A stretch of 64,000 nucleotides of DNA. Source: an uncultured bacterium (GTDB lineage Bacteria > Babelota > Babeliae > Babelales > Babelaceae). Position 1 is the stretch's first letter; every line of letters begins with the position of its first letter. A program made the position numbers and the translations under genes. The notes beneath the pieces are model-generated. The model saw only the letters and a list, made by a program, of their open reading frames with translations. It ran no database searches and was not told the origin of the DNA. The stretch lies in NCBI GenBank assembly GCA_963848965.1, contig CAWKFG010000004.1:512001-576000 (forward strand), read 5' to 3'. Positions 9,615-19,335 of this stretch are shown in pieces.

Positions 9615-9859
9615 TACTTAGTTGATATGTTTAGGAACGATCGAGTAGAGATTGAAATTAGTCTTCAAAGTATCCAGACAGCTTTTTCAATGTTGAAAAT
9701 TCAGCTTAGTTAAAAAAACTTACGCTTAAACAAGGACTACTCCCTTCGCTTTTAATAAAACGCGTAAGTGTAACCATCTTGGTAATTATATCTTTAATTT
9801 AGCAGTATCTTAGTATCGGCAAACTAAGTACCATTTCTAAGAAGTTTTACCATAACCTG

Positions 9860-10021
9860 AACCCCGAAAACAACCCCGAAATTCTACTCTCTAAAAATTT
9901 CGGGGTTAATTTTAAGTGTAGATCATAATATTCAATCAAACTCCCGATGAATCGATTATAGGCTAATTTTAAGAGGGTACTTTTGAAATAAATATAGAAA
10001 AAAATATTTAGAACCCCGAAA
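9860..10021. repeat. Four copies of AACCCCGAAA (three direct, one inverted)
   Basis: 9860-9869, 9872-9881, inverted 9898-9907, 10012-10021. Confidence 0.75.
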
Positions 10022-10036
10022 AATTTCCCTTAATAT

Positions 10037-11413
10037 TTAGTTATTTTTGATTAAGGTAAGTAAAGATTGGGGTAGTTTAAAAGTTTTATAAGGATCAAAA
10101 GCAGATGTTGCTAATTCAACCAATAATCCTTCATCTACCATTTGCTTTAAGCGTTTTGTTGCAGTTCTATCACTTACTTCCCATAAATCTTGAGCCTGCT
10201 TTGGTGAGATTTCAACATGCTCTTTCAAAAACTCAATAATAGGTAACTGCCAGCTTTCTCTCGGTAATAATTGACGTGGAGCATTATAAAGAGTTGCTCT
10301 AAAAAAAGTGCCTCTTTCCTCGAATTTTGGAGGTTGCACGCCTTGTTGCTTAGATATCTGTATCATTCTTCCCAACCCAGATCCCCAACGCTCAATAAGA
10401 TCAAGTTCTCTAAATACGTTACCGATAACTTTATTTCTAAGTAAGGATATACCATTAAGCGCATCATCTAAAGTTAGCCCCAGTGGCAACGCCCCAGGAT
10501 TAGTAACTTCAATTCTATCATCAAATATAGCAACGGTAATCGAAGCTCCTTGAATTGAATAATCTGTATGAAGGAGAGCATTAATTATTGCTTCTCGAAC
10601 CACTTGTGTATTGTATTCAGGGATATCTATTCTTCTCATTTCACCAAATTTGGCAGCGGTAGAAGTATGCCTTTTTATAAAATCAACTATAGGATCCAGT
10701 GCTATAGAAATAGGGATTTCTAAGTCTTTATGGTCAAGGATTTCAGCTTTGGTTAGACCAATAAATCTACCCAACCGAATCATTGCGTCAGGAAAAAATT
10801 CTTTAGGGTTTCGTCCAAAGAGTAGAACTGCAGCGTTTGAAGGAAAAGGCTTGCCTTGATACTTCACGATCAAATCTAATGATTGGGCTGTTTGCTCTGA
10901 AAAACTTTTATGGACTTTTTCAAATAATTGTTTTGCTAAATCGAATTGAATACGATCAAGTGGGCATTCAGCATTGGGCTGTCCATCAAAAAATCTACGC
11001 TGCTTTGATTGTCTAATTTCTTCAATCATATGCAAATCTGCAGGTCTGTTGGTTGAACCTAACCGCATAAAAGTACTATGTTCAATTCCCTTCGCTTTTA
11101 GATAATAAGGACCAAAACTGTGATCTACAACAATAATAAGAACATCACGCTTTCGCCATGTATATCTATGGAAAGTAGGAATCAATAAAGGCTCTATAGA
11201 TTCTGCGACTGCATTTGCAATTTTTTCTTCATCTTTTTGTATATCTTGCAAACCTATTACTTCTTTGGTTTTATCTTGAACGCCTACAATAAGTGTCCCA
11301 CCTGCAGTATTTGCAAAGGCTATTATAGTTTGAATAATCTTTTGAAGCGATAAGGTATTTTCTTTAAACTCAAGAGTTTTGCCTTCGTCTCTGACTAATA
11401 ATTCTTCAAGCAT
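10037..11413 (-). CDS. AlbA_2 (Schlafen-like) + HATPase_c_4 + wHTH protein (often annotated RecG C-terminal domain or transcriptional regulator)
   Basis: EGKTLEFKE, AFANTAGGTLIVGV, REAIINALLHTDY, IEVTNPG, IERWGSG; start at MLEELL after AGGAAGG. Confidence 0.88.
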   Translation of the reverse strand: MLEELLVRDEGKTLEFKENTLSLQKIIQTIIAFANTAGGTLIVGVQDKTKEVIGLQDIQKDEEKIANAVAESIEPLLIPTFHRYTWRKRDVLIIVVDHSFGPYYLKAKGIEHSTFMRLGSTNRPADLHMIEEIRQSKQRRFFDGQPNAECPLDRIQFDLAKQLFEKVHKSFSEQTAQSLDLIVKYQGKPFPSNAAVLLFGRNPKEFFPDAMIRLGRFIGLTKAEILDHKDLEIPISIALDPIVDFIKRHTSTAAKFGEMRRIDIPEYNTQVVREAIINALLHTDYSIQGASITVAIFDDRIEVTNPGALPLGLTLDDALNGISLLRNKVIGNVFRELDLIERWGSGLGRMIQISKQQGVQPPKFEERGTFFRATLYNAPRQLLPRESWQLPIIEFLKEHVEISPKQAQDLWEVSDRTATKRLKQMVDEGLLVELATSAFDPYKTFKLPQSLLTLIKNN

Positions 11414-11570
11414 TGTAACCTTCCTAATGTTTTTAAAAAAATAACTTAGAAAGCTAAGAACGTCAAAGACTTGCAATACCATAAGTGGTGGTTTCGATTT
11501 CTTTTAATTTCTGCCACCGCTGGTGGCAGTTTTTCTTTACCCTTTGAAAATCGCATATTCCCAGCAAAAA

Positions 11571-11813
11571 CTACCATAATCGTTTCTTTGCGAATGCTCT
11601 ACCTGAGCCAGACTTTAAATATTTTTCAAAGCTAATTGCAGCAGCTCTCTCTTTAAAAGCAATACATGTTATTAGTTCCCAAGGCTTGAATGATGAAGTA
11701 TGCACTGAACCACCAGAATTATGCGTTTGAAGTCGCTCATTGACATTATCTGTGTAGCCTATGTATGTTTGATCTGGATTATTTATTGATTTGATAAGGT
11801 ATACGTAATACAT
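11571..11813 (-). CDS. Minimal GIY-YIG nuclease (paralog of 9231-9473)
   Basis: YYVYLI...TYIGYT...RLQTHNSG...EKYLKSGSGRAFAKKRLW. Confidence 0.92.
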   Translation of the reverse strand: MYYVYLIKSINNPDQTYIGYTDNVNERLQTHNSGGSVHTSSFKPWELITCIAFKERAAAISFEKYLKSGSGRAFAKKRLW

Positions 11814-11838
11814 AATACCTCACTATTGATTAACATTC

Positions 11839-11971
11839 TAGGGACGGTCCTCCTTCGCTCTTTAGGGCTACGGCGGACAACCTTCGCTTAGGCTATAAAT
11901 ATCACCCCTTATTTTAAATCAATCCTTTAAAGAAATGGTCTGCCAACCGAAGCTTCAGCAAAGGTTGGCGT
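11839..11971 (-). repeat. Two-hairpin structured element copy 3, overlapping the tRNA-Glu 3' end
   Basis: First hairpin begins with the tRNA's GCCA; lies between the tRNA and the GIY-YIG gene. Confidence 0.82.
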
Positions 11972-12043
11972 CCCTAAGGGGATTCGAACCCCTGTTTTCG
12001 CCGTGAAAGGGCGATGTCCTAGACCAGGCTAGACGATAGGGAC
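11966..12043 (-). tRNA. tRNA-Glu (TTC)
   Basis: Cloverleaf GTCCCTA...TCGCC-CTTTCAC-GGCGA...GGTTCGAATCC...TAGGGACGCCA. Confidence 0.96.
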
Positions 12044-12079
12044 ATACTGTATACCAGTTATAGCTCAAAGAGCAAAAAC

Positions 12080-12155
12080 TGGTGAGCCGCGTTGGATTCG
12101 AACCAACGACCCACAGCTTAAAAGGCTGTTGCTCTACCACCTGAGCTAGCGGCTC
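12080..12155 (-). tRNA. tRNA-Lys (TTT)
   Basis: GAGCCGC...CAGC-CTTTTAA-GCTG...GGTTCGAATCC...GCGGCTCACCA. Confidence 0.96.
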
Positions 12156-12555
12156 ATTATGGTAAGCATACTGTATTTCAAGTATAGTACCATTATAGAT
12201 TATAATTATGCTTTTAGCAAGCTTATTTTTCAACAATAATGAGCTAGAAGCGAGCTTTTTGGCTCACTTTAGTGCTTACCATTATTTTTAGTATAACATA
12301 GAATAAGAGCTTTTTGAAGCCTCTTAGTAACCTTTCTTCTCTTGCATTGCTCCACCTCAAGCACTCTAAGTTCTTGACTAATCTGTCTTATGAAAGATTT
12401 TTTACTTTTTATGATAAAAACTCAGGTAAGAGACTCCGCGAGGTAAATACTATACTTCTGTTTACTATAATAAAGTTCTTATGAATCTATTGCAATTTTA
12501 TTATCTCAATTAGTATTATTAAAATAATAAATTCAATTACACCCAGGGAGTCCTT

Positions 12556-13314
12556 ATGAAAACCTTATATTCTCTCTTTATCGGAGTTTCCTTCTTTAGT
12601 ACTAGCTTTGCTATGCAACCTTCTTATTTACAGCTTTTACCTACAGATATAGCAACTGAACAACTTACTCGTCTTATAACTGCTGCACCGACACGTGAGG
12701 AAGCAATAAATCAAATAAACACATTAAGTAAAGTTCCAAAGTTTAGCGCAAGTCCCTTGTTTAATGATGCAAAAGGTACTGCTCTGCTTCTTGATGTTCT
12801 CTATACACGGTTTCACCTACCTCAAGGGCCGATAATAAGGCCAGAAGAACTAGCTGCAAGAATTACTACTCCAGGAGCTCAAGAATGGTTAACAAAGATA
12901 CGGCCTCAAGAAGAAGAACTTTTCAAAGCAGTTCAAGCAGAAGATTTATCTAAAGTAAAGAAGCTTCTTGCACAAGGGGTTAATCCAAGTGCTCGACAAG
13001 ATGTCCTGTATAGAACTGCTCTTATGAATGCTATCAACAGGAACTATTTAGATATAGCCCAAGAACTACTCAATAAAGGAGCAGACGTTAATGCTCAAGA
13101 TATTAAAGGAGAAACTGCATTAATGCGTGCTATTAATAGCGGTAATGCTTCAGCAACAAAATTACTTCTTGACAAAGGAGCTAACCCACATATACGGGAT
13201 TACAACAAGAAAACTGCACTTGACCACATTCAAAATATTCTGCCTGTAATTCCTGATTATAATCCTGAAGTAATTAAAGCAATTCAAGAAGCAGAAAAAC
13301 GTACATCAAAATAA
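12556..13314 (+). CDS. Secreted ankyrin-repeat protein (same family as 7837-8745)
   Basis: Signal peptide ending SFA-MQP; YLQLLPTDI; ankyrin repeats RTALMNA, ETALMRA. Confidence 0.88.
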   Translation: MKTLYSLFIGVSFFSTSFAMQPSYLQLLPTDIATEQLTRLITAAPTREEAINQINTLSKVPKFSASPLFNDAKGTALLLDVLYTRFHLPQGPIIRPEELAARITTPGAQEWLTKIRPQEEELFKAVQAEDLSKVKKLLAQGVNPSARQDVLYRTALMNAINRNYLDIAQELLNKGADVNAQDIKGETALMRAINSGNASATKLLLDKGANPHIRDYNKKTALDHIQNILPVIPDYNPEVIKAIQEAEKRTSK

Positions 13315-13329
13315 GTACTTTTATAGGAT

Positions 13330-14691
13330 TTAATAACCAAGAATCAGCTGACTAATAGTACAATAAATGAGAAGACCTAGAATATCCATAATAGTAGCAA
13401 GGAATGGACCTGCAGAAAGAGCAGGATCTAGATTAAATCTTTTAAGAACGAGAGGAATAAGGCTTCCAAGCATAACAGAAACAAGAACTATAACACCAAG
13501 AGAAAAGCTTACAGCCACGTTACCCCATACATTACCAGTATGAGTAACATACACACGGGCAAACGAAACAAGCCCGAGACTTATACCAATAGCAAGAGCC
13601 ATAAAAAATTCGCGCCGTAAAAATTTAATCATATTATTATCACTAATCTCTCCAGAAGAAAGGCCTTGAATCACTAATGCAGAAGTTTGACTACTGCTAT
13701 TACCTCCTGTGCTTGTAAGCATAGCATTAAACTTGATAAGAAAGCCCTCAAGGAGTTTTTCATAACGAGTAATAATGATAATAGAAAACGTTTGCATTAA
13801 TAAAAGAATAACCAGAATGGATGCACGCTGGTAAAAGAGACTCGTAAATGGTGTCTCAAAATACGTATTTTTAATAGGCGTTAATGCAGAGATCTTATAG
13901 ACGTCCTCAGCTGCTTCTTGCTCAATAATATCTACCAACGTATCGCTTGGAATCACTCCCAAGAATACCGATCCGTCACCTACTACAGGCACTGTCATTA
14001 ACTTATAACGAACCATCTTTTGTGCTACTGTTTCTCTATCTTCTTCAGATTGTACTACAAGCTCGTTTTTACGAAGTATTGATGATAATCGTGTTTTTGG
14101 ATTTTTAAGCAACAGGTCTTCTAAGTTTACGTGCCCTACTAACTCATTGTCTTGATTGGTAACATAAATTTGCTGATGAAGCTCTCTACGTGGCTGTAAG
14201 CGCTGAAGGATTTGAATCCCCTTTTCAACAGTAAAATCTTGCATAAGCGTAAGAACATCAGTATGCATTAACCCTCCAGCAGATTCTGGATTAAAACGCA
14301 TTAAAGAAAGCACCTGCTCTCTATCTTTTTTGTGTAAAAGCTTAAGGTATTTTTTAAGCTCTTCATCAGAAAGTTCATCAAAAAAATCGGTAAGCTCATC
14401 AAGAGGAAGACTGCTTAACAAGTATCCTCTATCATAATCACTTAAAAATGAAAGACAAAACACCTGCATAGAAGATGAGAGGTACGAAAATACTTGTAAT
14501 TTTAAAGAGAGAGGGAGTTTTGAAAAAAGTGCTTGTGCGCTAGTTCTTTCTTGGTCGCTAATAAATTGTGCAATATCAGCGGGGTGTAATGAGATAAACT
14601 CTTGCCAAATATGCACCGCCTTAGGTTCATTTTGCGCTATAACTGCATCCAGGTTCTCAGAAACTTCTTCTAAAACTTTTCTTGTGTCCAT
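13330..14691 (-). CDS. mgtE: Magnesium transporter MgtE
   Basis: HPADIA, PESAGGLM CBS pair, GGNSSSQ, LDPALSAGPFLATIMDI. Confidence 0.93.
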   Translation of the reverse strand: MDTRKVLEEVSENLDAVIAQNEPKAVHIWQEFISLHPADIAQFISDQERTSAQALFSKLPLSLKLQVFSYLSSSMQVFCLSFLSDYDRGYLLSSLPLDELTDFFDELSDEELKKYLKLLHKKDREQVLSLMRFNPESAGGLMHTDVLTLMQDFTVEKGIQILQRLQPRRELHQQIYVTNQDNELVGHVNLEDLLLKNPKTRLSSILRKNELVVQSEEDRETVAQKMVRYKLMTVPVVGDGSVFLGVIPSDTLVDIIEQEAAEDVYKISALTPIKNTYFETPFTSLFYQRASILVILLLMQTFSIIIITRYEKLLEGFLIKFNAMLTSTGGNSSSQTSALVIQGLSSGEISDNNMIKFLRREFFMALAIGISLGLVSFARVYVTHTGNVWGNVAVSFSLGVIVLVSVMLGSLIPLVLKRFNLDPALSAGPFLATIMDILGLLIYCTISQLILGY

Positions 14692-14881
14692 AGTGCAACT
14701 CCCACCGATGACTATTTTACTTTCCTTTTACCAGCATCTTCTTTATTAGAGTACCTCATTAATTGCAAATTGTCCATTTGACTTTGCCTCAAGAATGTTT
14801 ATCTTATTAGCAAAGAGCCCTCTCTCTTACTATAATTTTTCTTAATTGAAAATCAAAGGAAAGTGTAAGAAAGTTTAAAAA

Positions 14882-15823
14882 ATGGAGAAGCCACAGCTTA
14901 TTGCGCCAGAGACCACTATTATCGTACAAGTAGAGTCTCCTGAACCGCAGCGTATTGACCTCTTTTTAACAAAAAAGTTTCTCCCTTACTCACGGAGTTA
15001 CTTTCAAAATCTTATTGAACAATCACTTATAAAGCTTAATGGAACAGTTGTAAAAAAGCCAAGTACTTTAGTAAAACTACCTGATAGCATAGAAGTTTTC
15101 TTTCCTCTAGAACGTCCTTTAGAAGGGCTACCCATTACACAAGATCTTGGAGTTAGAGTTGTTTATGAACATCCAGACTTTTTAATTGTGTATAAACCAC
15201 CCTCTCTTATAGTACATGCTCCTACTCATAAAAGCACTATTGTCACACTTGTCGATTGGCTTATTCATCACTTTAAAGAGCTTAAAAAAGTAGGTCATGT
15301 AGATCGTCCTGCTATTGTTCACCGATTAGATAAAGATACATCAGGAATTCTTATTGTACCTCGCAATAATTATGCGCACACTATTTTTGCCTCACTTTTT
15401 AAAAATCGTTGTATCGACAAAACATATCTTGCTGTTGTACAAGGTCATCCGCCACAAGAAGGTGCTATTGAATTTGCTATCTCACGCCATCCTGTACATA
15501 AACATAAAATGACTCATACATCAGGTTGTGGCAGAGAAGCGCTTACGCATTACAAAGTTCTTGAATACTTTGCAGATAGCGCATTAGTTGAAGTACATCC
15601 TGTCACAGGAAGAACACATCAAATTCGCGTTCATTTTGCTGCCTTAGGACATCCACTCATTGGTGATACAACATATGGTTCATCATCAAAGCTCATTAAC
15701 AGACAAGCGCTCCATGCTTACAAGCTCTCATTTATGTACGAAGAAAAGCTTTATACTTTCTGGTACGAAATGCCTGCAGACATGCGAGCGCTTATCTCTA
15801 CGTTACAAAAACAATCTTCTTAG
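14882..15823 (+). CDS. rluD: RluA/RluD family 23S rRNA pseudouridine synthase
   Basis: S4 domain; IVHRLDKDTSG; TGRTHQIRVH. Confidence 0.92.
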   Translation: MEKPQLIAPETTIIVQVESPEPQRIDLFLTKKFLPYSRSYFQNLIEQSLIKLNGTVVKKPSTLVKLPDSIEVFFPLERPLEGLPITQDLGVRVVYEHPDFLIVYKPPSLIVHAPTHKSTIVTLVDWLIHHFKELKKVGHVDRPAIVHRLDKDTSGILIVPRNNYAHTIFASLFKNRCIDKTYLAVVQGHPPQEGAIEFAISRHPVHKHKMTHTSGCGREALTHYKVLEYFADSALVEVHPVTGRTHQIRVHFAALGHPLIGDTTYGSSSKLINRQALHAYKLSFMYEEKLYTFWYEMPADMRALISTLQKQSS

Positions 15824-17106
15824 TGTGTAGTGTAAACTGGCTTTTGACGAGCACGTGCCTGTACTTGCTTAAGCCATTTATAGAACACTATTCCTGCAAA
15901 GCCAACTCCTAACGCAGCTCCAACCCGCTTAGACCAAAAATTAAGATTGCTAGATCCTTGAGATGCTTCGCGTGTTGACGTTCTATGAGGCTCTTGCACT
16001 CCTGCAGATGACTCATCTTTATGATGGATCTGTGGTTCCTGAGAGTCTAACACTGGTTCTTGCTGTACCGAAACAGGTTCTGATTGTATTGAACTAGGTT
16101 TCTGTGGTTCAACTTGAGGGACTTCAGGTAATGGAGCATTTTGTACTGGCACAACTTGTGGAGCTACTGCTGGAGCTACAGGATCTGCTGCATGCGCACC
16201 TTGCTCTGCTTGTTGTCTAATAATGCTTGCTACTATAGCAGGTGGAATAATACCTTCTGGACTTGGATTAGGATGAGCATTAATCAGCGACTCAACTGCA
16301 GGATGTACAGAGATAGGTGCAGAAACTTCTATTGATTCTAGCCCACTATGTCTTTGCACAGGAATTGCCACATGCTTTATACCCTGCGCAACTTCTCCAG
16401 CACCACTAGGTCTAGCTGCTGGAACAATATTCTGAGCTAGTTGCATCTCATAAGAAGCCTGTACTTCTGGAGCAGGAGCTTGCGGACGCTCAGGTACATC
16501 TAAATTGTGTGTACTATCTGTAGGCTCTGCTGGTACTATAGGCTGTAAATCAAAAATTGTAGATACTCGCTTTTGAATAGGGTCAGTAACTGATTGTCGT
16601 GTCGCAGTCTCAAAAATCTTTTTTACCTGCTCGTATCCGTTTCTCGTAAAAAGATGGGCTATCGAAAGGTAATTTTTTTGAGGGGGATATAAAGTAACAT
16701 CTGCACCTGATTGTACTAAAAATTTAAAGAGATGTTCATAATTTGAAATATTACATTGCTCTTTTTGACTTTGAAGCGCCCAATAAAGTCCCTTTATAGC
16801 ACAACATATAAGCGTTCCTTTCTCTGGATCAATTGTATTTATTGCATTCGGATCTGGGTTATTTCTAAGAAGCTCTCTTATACAAGCTATATCTCCATTT
16901 TTAGCAGCCTCAAATATAGATACCTTTTTCTTTTCTTTACGAGGTCTATCGCTCCGTACTTGTTGACTGCTTTGCTGTTTTGGGGGTAAGGAATTTTGGG
17001 AAATGCGCGCGCTTCTTCCTGTAGACCTTCCTTCGTTCTCCATCCCAATTACATAACCTTGTATACAGCTTGATAAAGCACCAATAATAAATATTTTTCT
17101 AACCAT
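15820..17106 (-). CDS. Secreted protein: short ankyrin module, Pro/Gln-rich region, C-terminal TM anchor
   Basis: Signal ending VIG-MEN; IFEAAKNGD; C-terminal ALGVGFAGIVFYKWLK. Confidence 0.8.
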   Translation of the reverse strand: MVRKIFIIGALSSCIQGYVIGMENEGRSTGRSARISQNSLPPKQQSSQQVRSDRPRKEKKKVSIFEAAKNGDIACIRELLRNNPDPNAINTIDPEKGTLICCAIKGLYWALQSQKEQCNISNYEHLFKFLVQSGADVTLYPPQKNYLSIAHLFTRNGYEQVKKIFETATRQSVTDPIQKRVSTIFDLQPIVPAEPTDSTHNLDVPERPQAPAPEVQASYEMQLAQNIVPAARPSGAGEVAQGIKHVAIPVQRHSGLESIEVSAPISVHPAVESLINAHPNPSPEGIIPPAIVASIIRQQAEQGAHAADPVAPAVAPQVVPVQNAPLPEVPQVEPQKPSSIQSEPVSVQQEPVLDSQEPQIHHKDESSAGVQEPHRTSTREASQGSSNLNFWSKRVGAALGVGFAGIVFYKWLKQVQARARQKPVYTTH

Positions 17107-17373
17107 TAGTTCCCCATGTGTGTATGTTTTTACTTTATCATTAGCTTATAATAGCTTCTGAATTTCTCATTAAGATCAATAAGTTGCTAAAATTGACTTA
17201 AATCATACCATTTTCCCCCAAGTAGTACAATAACTCTTGCCTACAATGCACTCTCCTTCATTTCTTTATGGTTTGTTGCATCAGCACAGTGTAGATTAAG
17301 AGAGAGTACACGAGCACATATTTTTACTGTTAAAGTAGAGCACCTTGATAGCTTGTACTCTCTAGCACAAAAT

Positions 17374-17399
17374 GCGCCCGCATACTTCTACGCGGGCGC
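17374..17399 (-). terminator. Probable intrinsic terminator
   Basis: GCGCCCGC..GCGGGCGC stem followed by T-tract on the minus strand, after gene 17428. Confidence 0.6.
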
Positions 17400-17427
17400 T
17401 TGTCGATACATTACAAAAGCAAAAGTC

Positions 17428-19335
17428 TTATACTCCACCATGAATTGGCTTCTGACGAGCACGTGCTTGTACTTGCTTAAGCCATTTATAGAACACTATT
17501 CCTGCAAAACCAACTCCTAATACGACTCCAATCCGGTTAGACCAAAGGTTTAGATTTCTAGATCCTTGAGAAGCTTCTTGCATTGGCGTTGGACGAGGCT
17601 CTTCAACTCCTGCCGATGCTTCATCCTTATCATGAATATGTGAAGTTTGCATATCAACCACTGGTTCTTGTTGCACAGAAACTGTTGGTAATACATGAGG
17701 TCTTTGTGGTGCCCCCTGTGGCATCTCAGGTAATGGTTCACTATGTACCATTTGTGGAACTACCGGTGGCACTATTGGCTGTACAGCATGTGCACCCTGC
17801 TCTGCCTGTTGTCTTATAATACTTACTACAATAGCAGGAGGAAGAGCACTTTCTGAAACCGCAGATGGACGAGCATCCACTAACTTTGAAACCATCGGAT
17901 GAAGCGATATAGATGCAAAAACTTCTACAGGTTCATTCGGCCTTTGTATAGGAACAATTGGTCTTACAACTTCAAAAGCATTACTTTGAACAATCAGAGC
18001 CTGCTCTTCAAGTACTGGTCTATGTAAGCGCTCAGGTATATCTAAGTTACGCACGCCATTTTCAGGTTGAGTAAATTTTGCCCTTCTTGCAGCCTCAAAG
18101 TCCTCAAAATAAACAGCTTTGCTAACATCTACATGTGACAGATCTACAGAAGCAGAAATATCATTCTGAATAACCGGCATACGATGAGGAGCTTGTATTT
18201 CTGGCACTGAAGTATCTTGATGTATTTGTCTATCTACAGGTAGTAGAAGTTCTGCCGCTGGTAGAGGTACACCCAATGCTCGTTCGGCATCAACACGGTC
18301 CTTAAAATAGAGATTCGTTCTAGCATCGATTTGTCCTGGAAGTATATCTGCAACTATAGGGATGTCTTCCTGCTCTATTAGAGGAAATACCATACTTTGA
18401 GCAAGCAGATGAGGATTATTAACTGCTACAGGCCGTTCCTTTTCAACAAACGGTTTTTTCAGAGTCGATGGTACAGGATCTTGAAATAAACGTTGACAAA
18501 CGGAAGCTCTTCGTTTACTTATTGTAGATTCTGAAGGAGAAAGGATTATACTGTGAGCAGGAGAAGCACAATCATTCTTGCTAGATGATGCCGAAAGATC
18601 TTGGTCTCCTAAAAATTGTGATCGTGCAAGATCTGTTTTTTGTTCTGCTTTATTCTCTTTATTATTACCATTTTCAAGCTTTTGTTCTACCCATGAACTC
18701 TTTGAAGCTGAATTTTGTGCTTGTGCCTTATCATCATCTAGTAGTACAAACTCCTCTACATCTTTTTCTACGCTTAATGTTTTGCAAAACAATTCTTTTA
18801 TTTCTCGATAATGACCTGGCCACTGAAGGAGTTGGAGCACGCTTACTGGTGGTGGCTTATGAGGTCTGGTCTTCTTAGATACTAATTTTATATCTGCTTT
18901 TCGCTCAATTAATAATTGAAAGAGGGCTTTATATCTTTCTAGAGGAATAGGCCTATTATTAACTTTAGCTAAAACAGCGCCATGAATAGCGCAATGCAAA
19001 AGTGTATTACCATGGCTGTTAAATTTATTTATTGCATCTGGATGTTCATCTAAATATTTTTTCACTTTTTCTACTTCACCTTGAGCTGCTAGTTGAAATG
19101 AAGAAAGCTCTTTATCTACCTGTGGAGAAGAAGGAGATTCTACAGGAGACTGAACTTCGGCAGAAAAGGAGGCTTTTTTTCTTTTTTTCTTTTTAGGATG
19201 AGGGGTATCTACTCTTGGCTGCACTAAACTTTGATGGGGAGAAAGTTGCTCACCGTTACCTGCTGGTTGCATACCAAACAGTGCTTGAGAGAGCCCGCTT
19301 AGTAAACAAATAAAAAGTACCCTTTTATATGCCAT
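17428..19335 (-). CDS. Tandem paralog of 15820-17106 (ankyrin + Pro-rich + C-terminal TM)
   Basis: Start MAYKRV after GGAGGGG; GNTLLHCAI; C-terminus nearly identical to the neighbour. Confidence 0.8.
   Translation of the reverse strand: MAYKRVLFICLLSGLSQALFGMQPAGNGEQLSPHQSLVQPRVDTPHPKKKKRKKASFSAEVQSPVESPSSPQVDKELSSFQLAAQGEVEKVKKYLDEHPDAINKFNSHGNTLLHCAIHGAVLAKVNNRPIPLERYKALFQLLIERKADIKLVSKKTRPHKPPPVSVLQLLQWPGHYREIKELFCKTLSVEKDVEEFVLLDDDKAQAQNSASKSSWVEQKLENGNNKENKAEQKTDLARSQFLGDQDLSASSSKNDCASPAHSIILSPSESTISKRRASVCQRLFQDPVPSTLKKPFVEKERPVAVNNPHLLAQSMVFPLIEQEDIPIVADILPGQIDARTNLYFKDRVDAERALGVPLPAAELLLPVDRQIHQDTSVPEIQAPHRMPVIQNDISASVDLSHVDVSKAVYFEDFEAARRAKFTQPENGVRNLDIPERLHRPVLEEQALIVQSNAFEVVRPIVPIQRPNEPVEVFASISLHPMVSKLVDARPSAVSESALPPAIVVSIIRQQAEQGAHAVQPIVPPVVPQMVHSEPLPEMPQGAPQRPHVLPTVSVQQEPVVDMQTSHIHDKDEASAGVEEPRPTPMQEASQGSRNLNLWSNRIGVVLGVGFAGIVFYKWLKQVQARARQKPIHGGV

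Noticed and set aside
6810..11971. CRISPR array interpretation of the repeated hairpins
   Set aside because: Copies are kilobases apart, diverged and lack regular spacers; no cas genes
11955..12236. 93-aa minus-strand ORF
   Set aside because: Overlaps tRNA-Lys and tRNA-Glu; spurious
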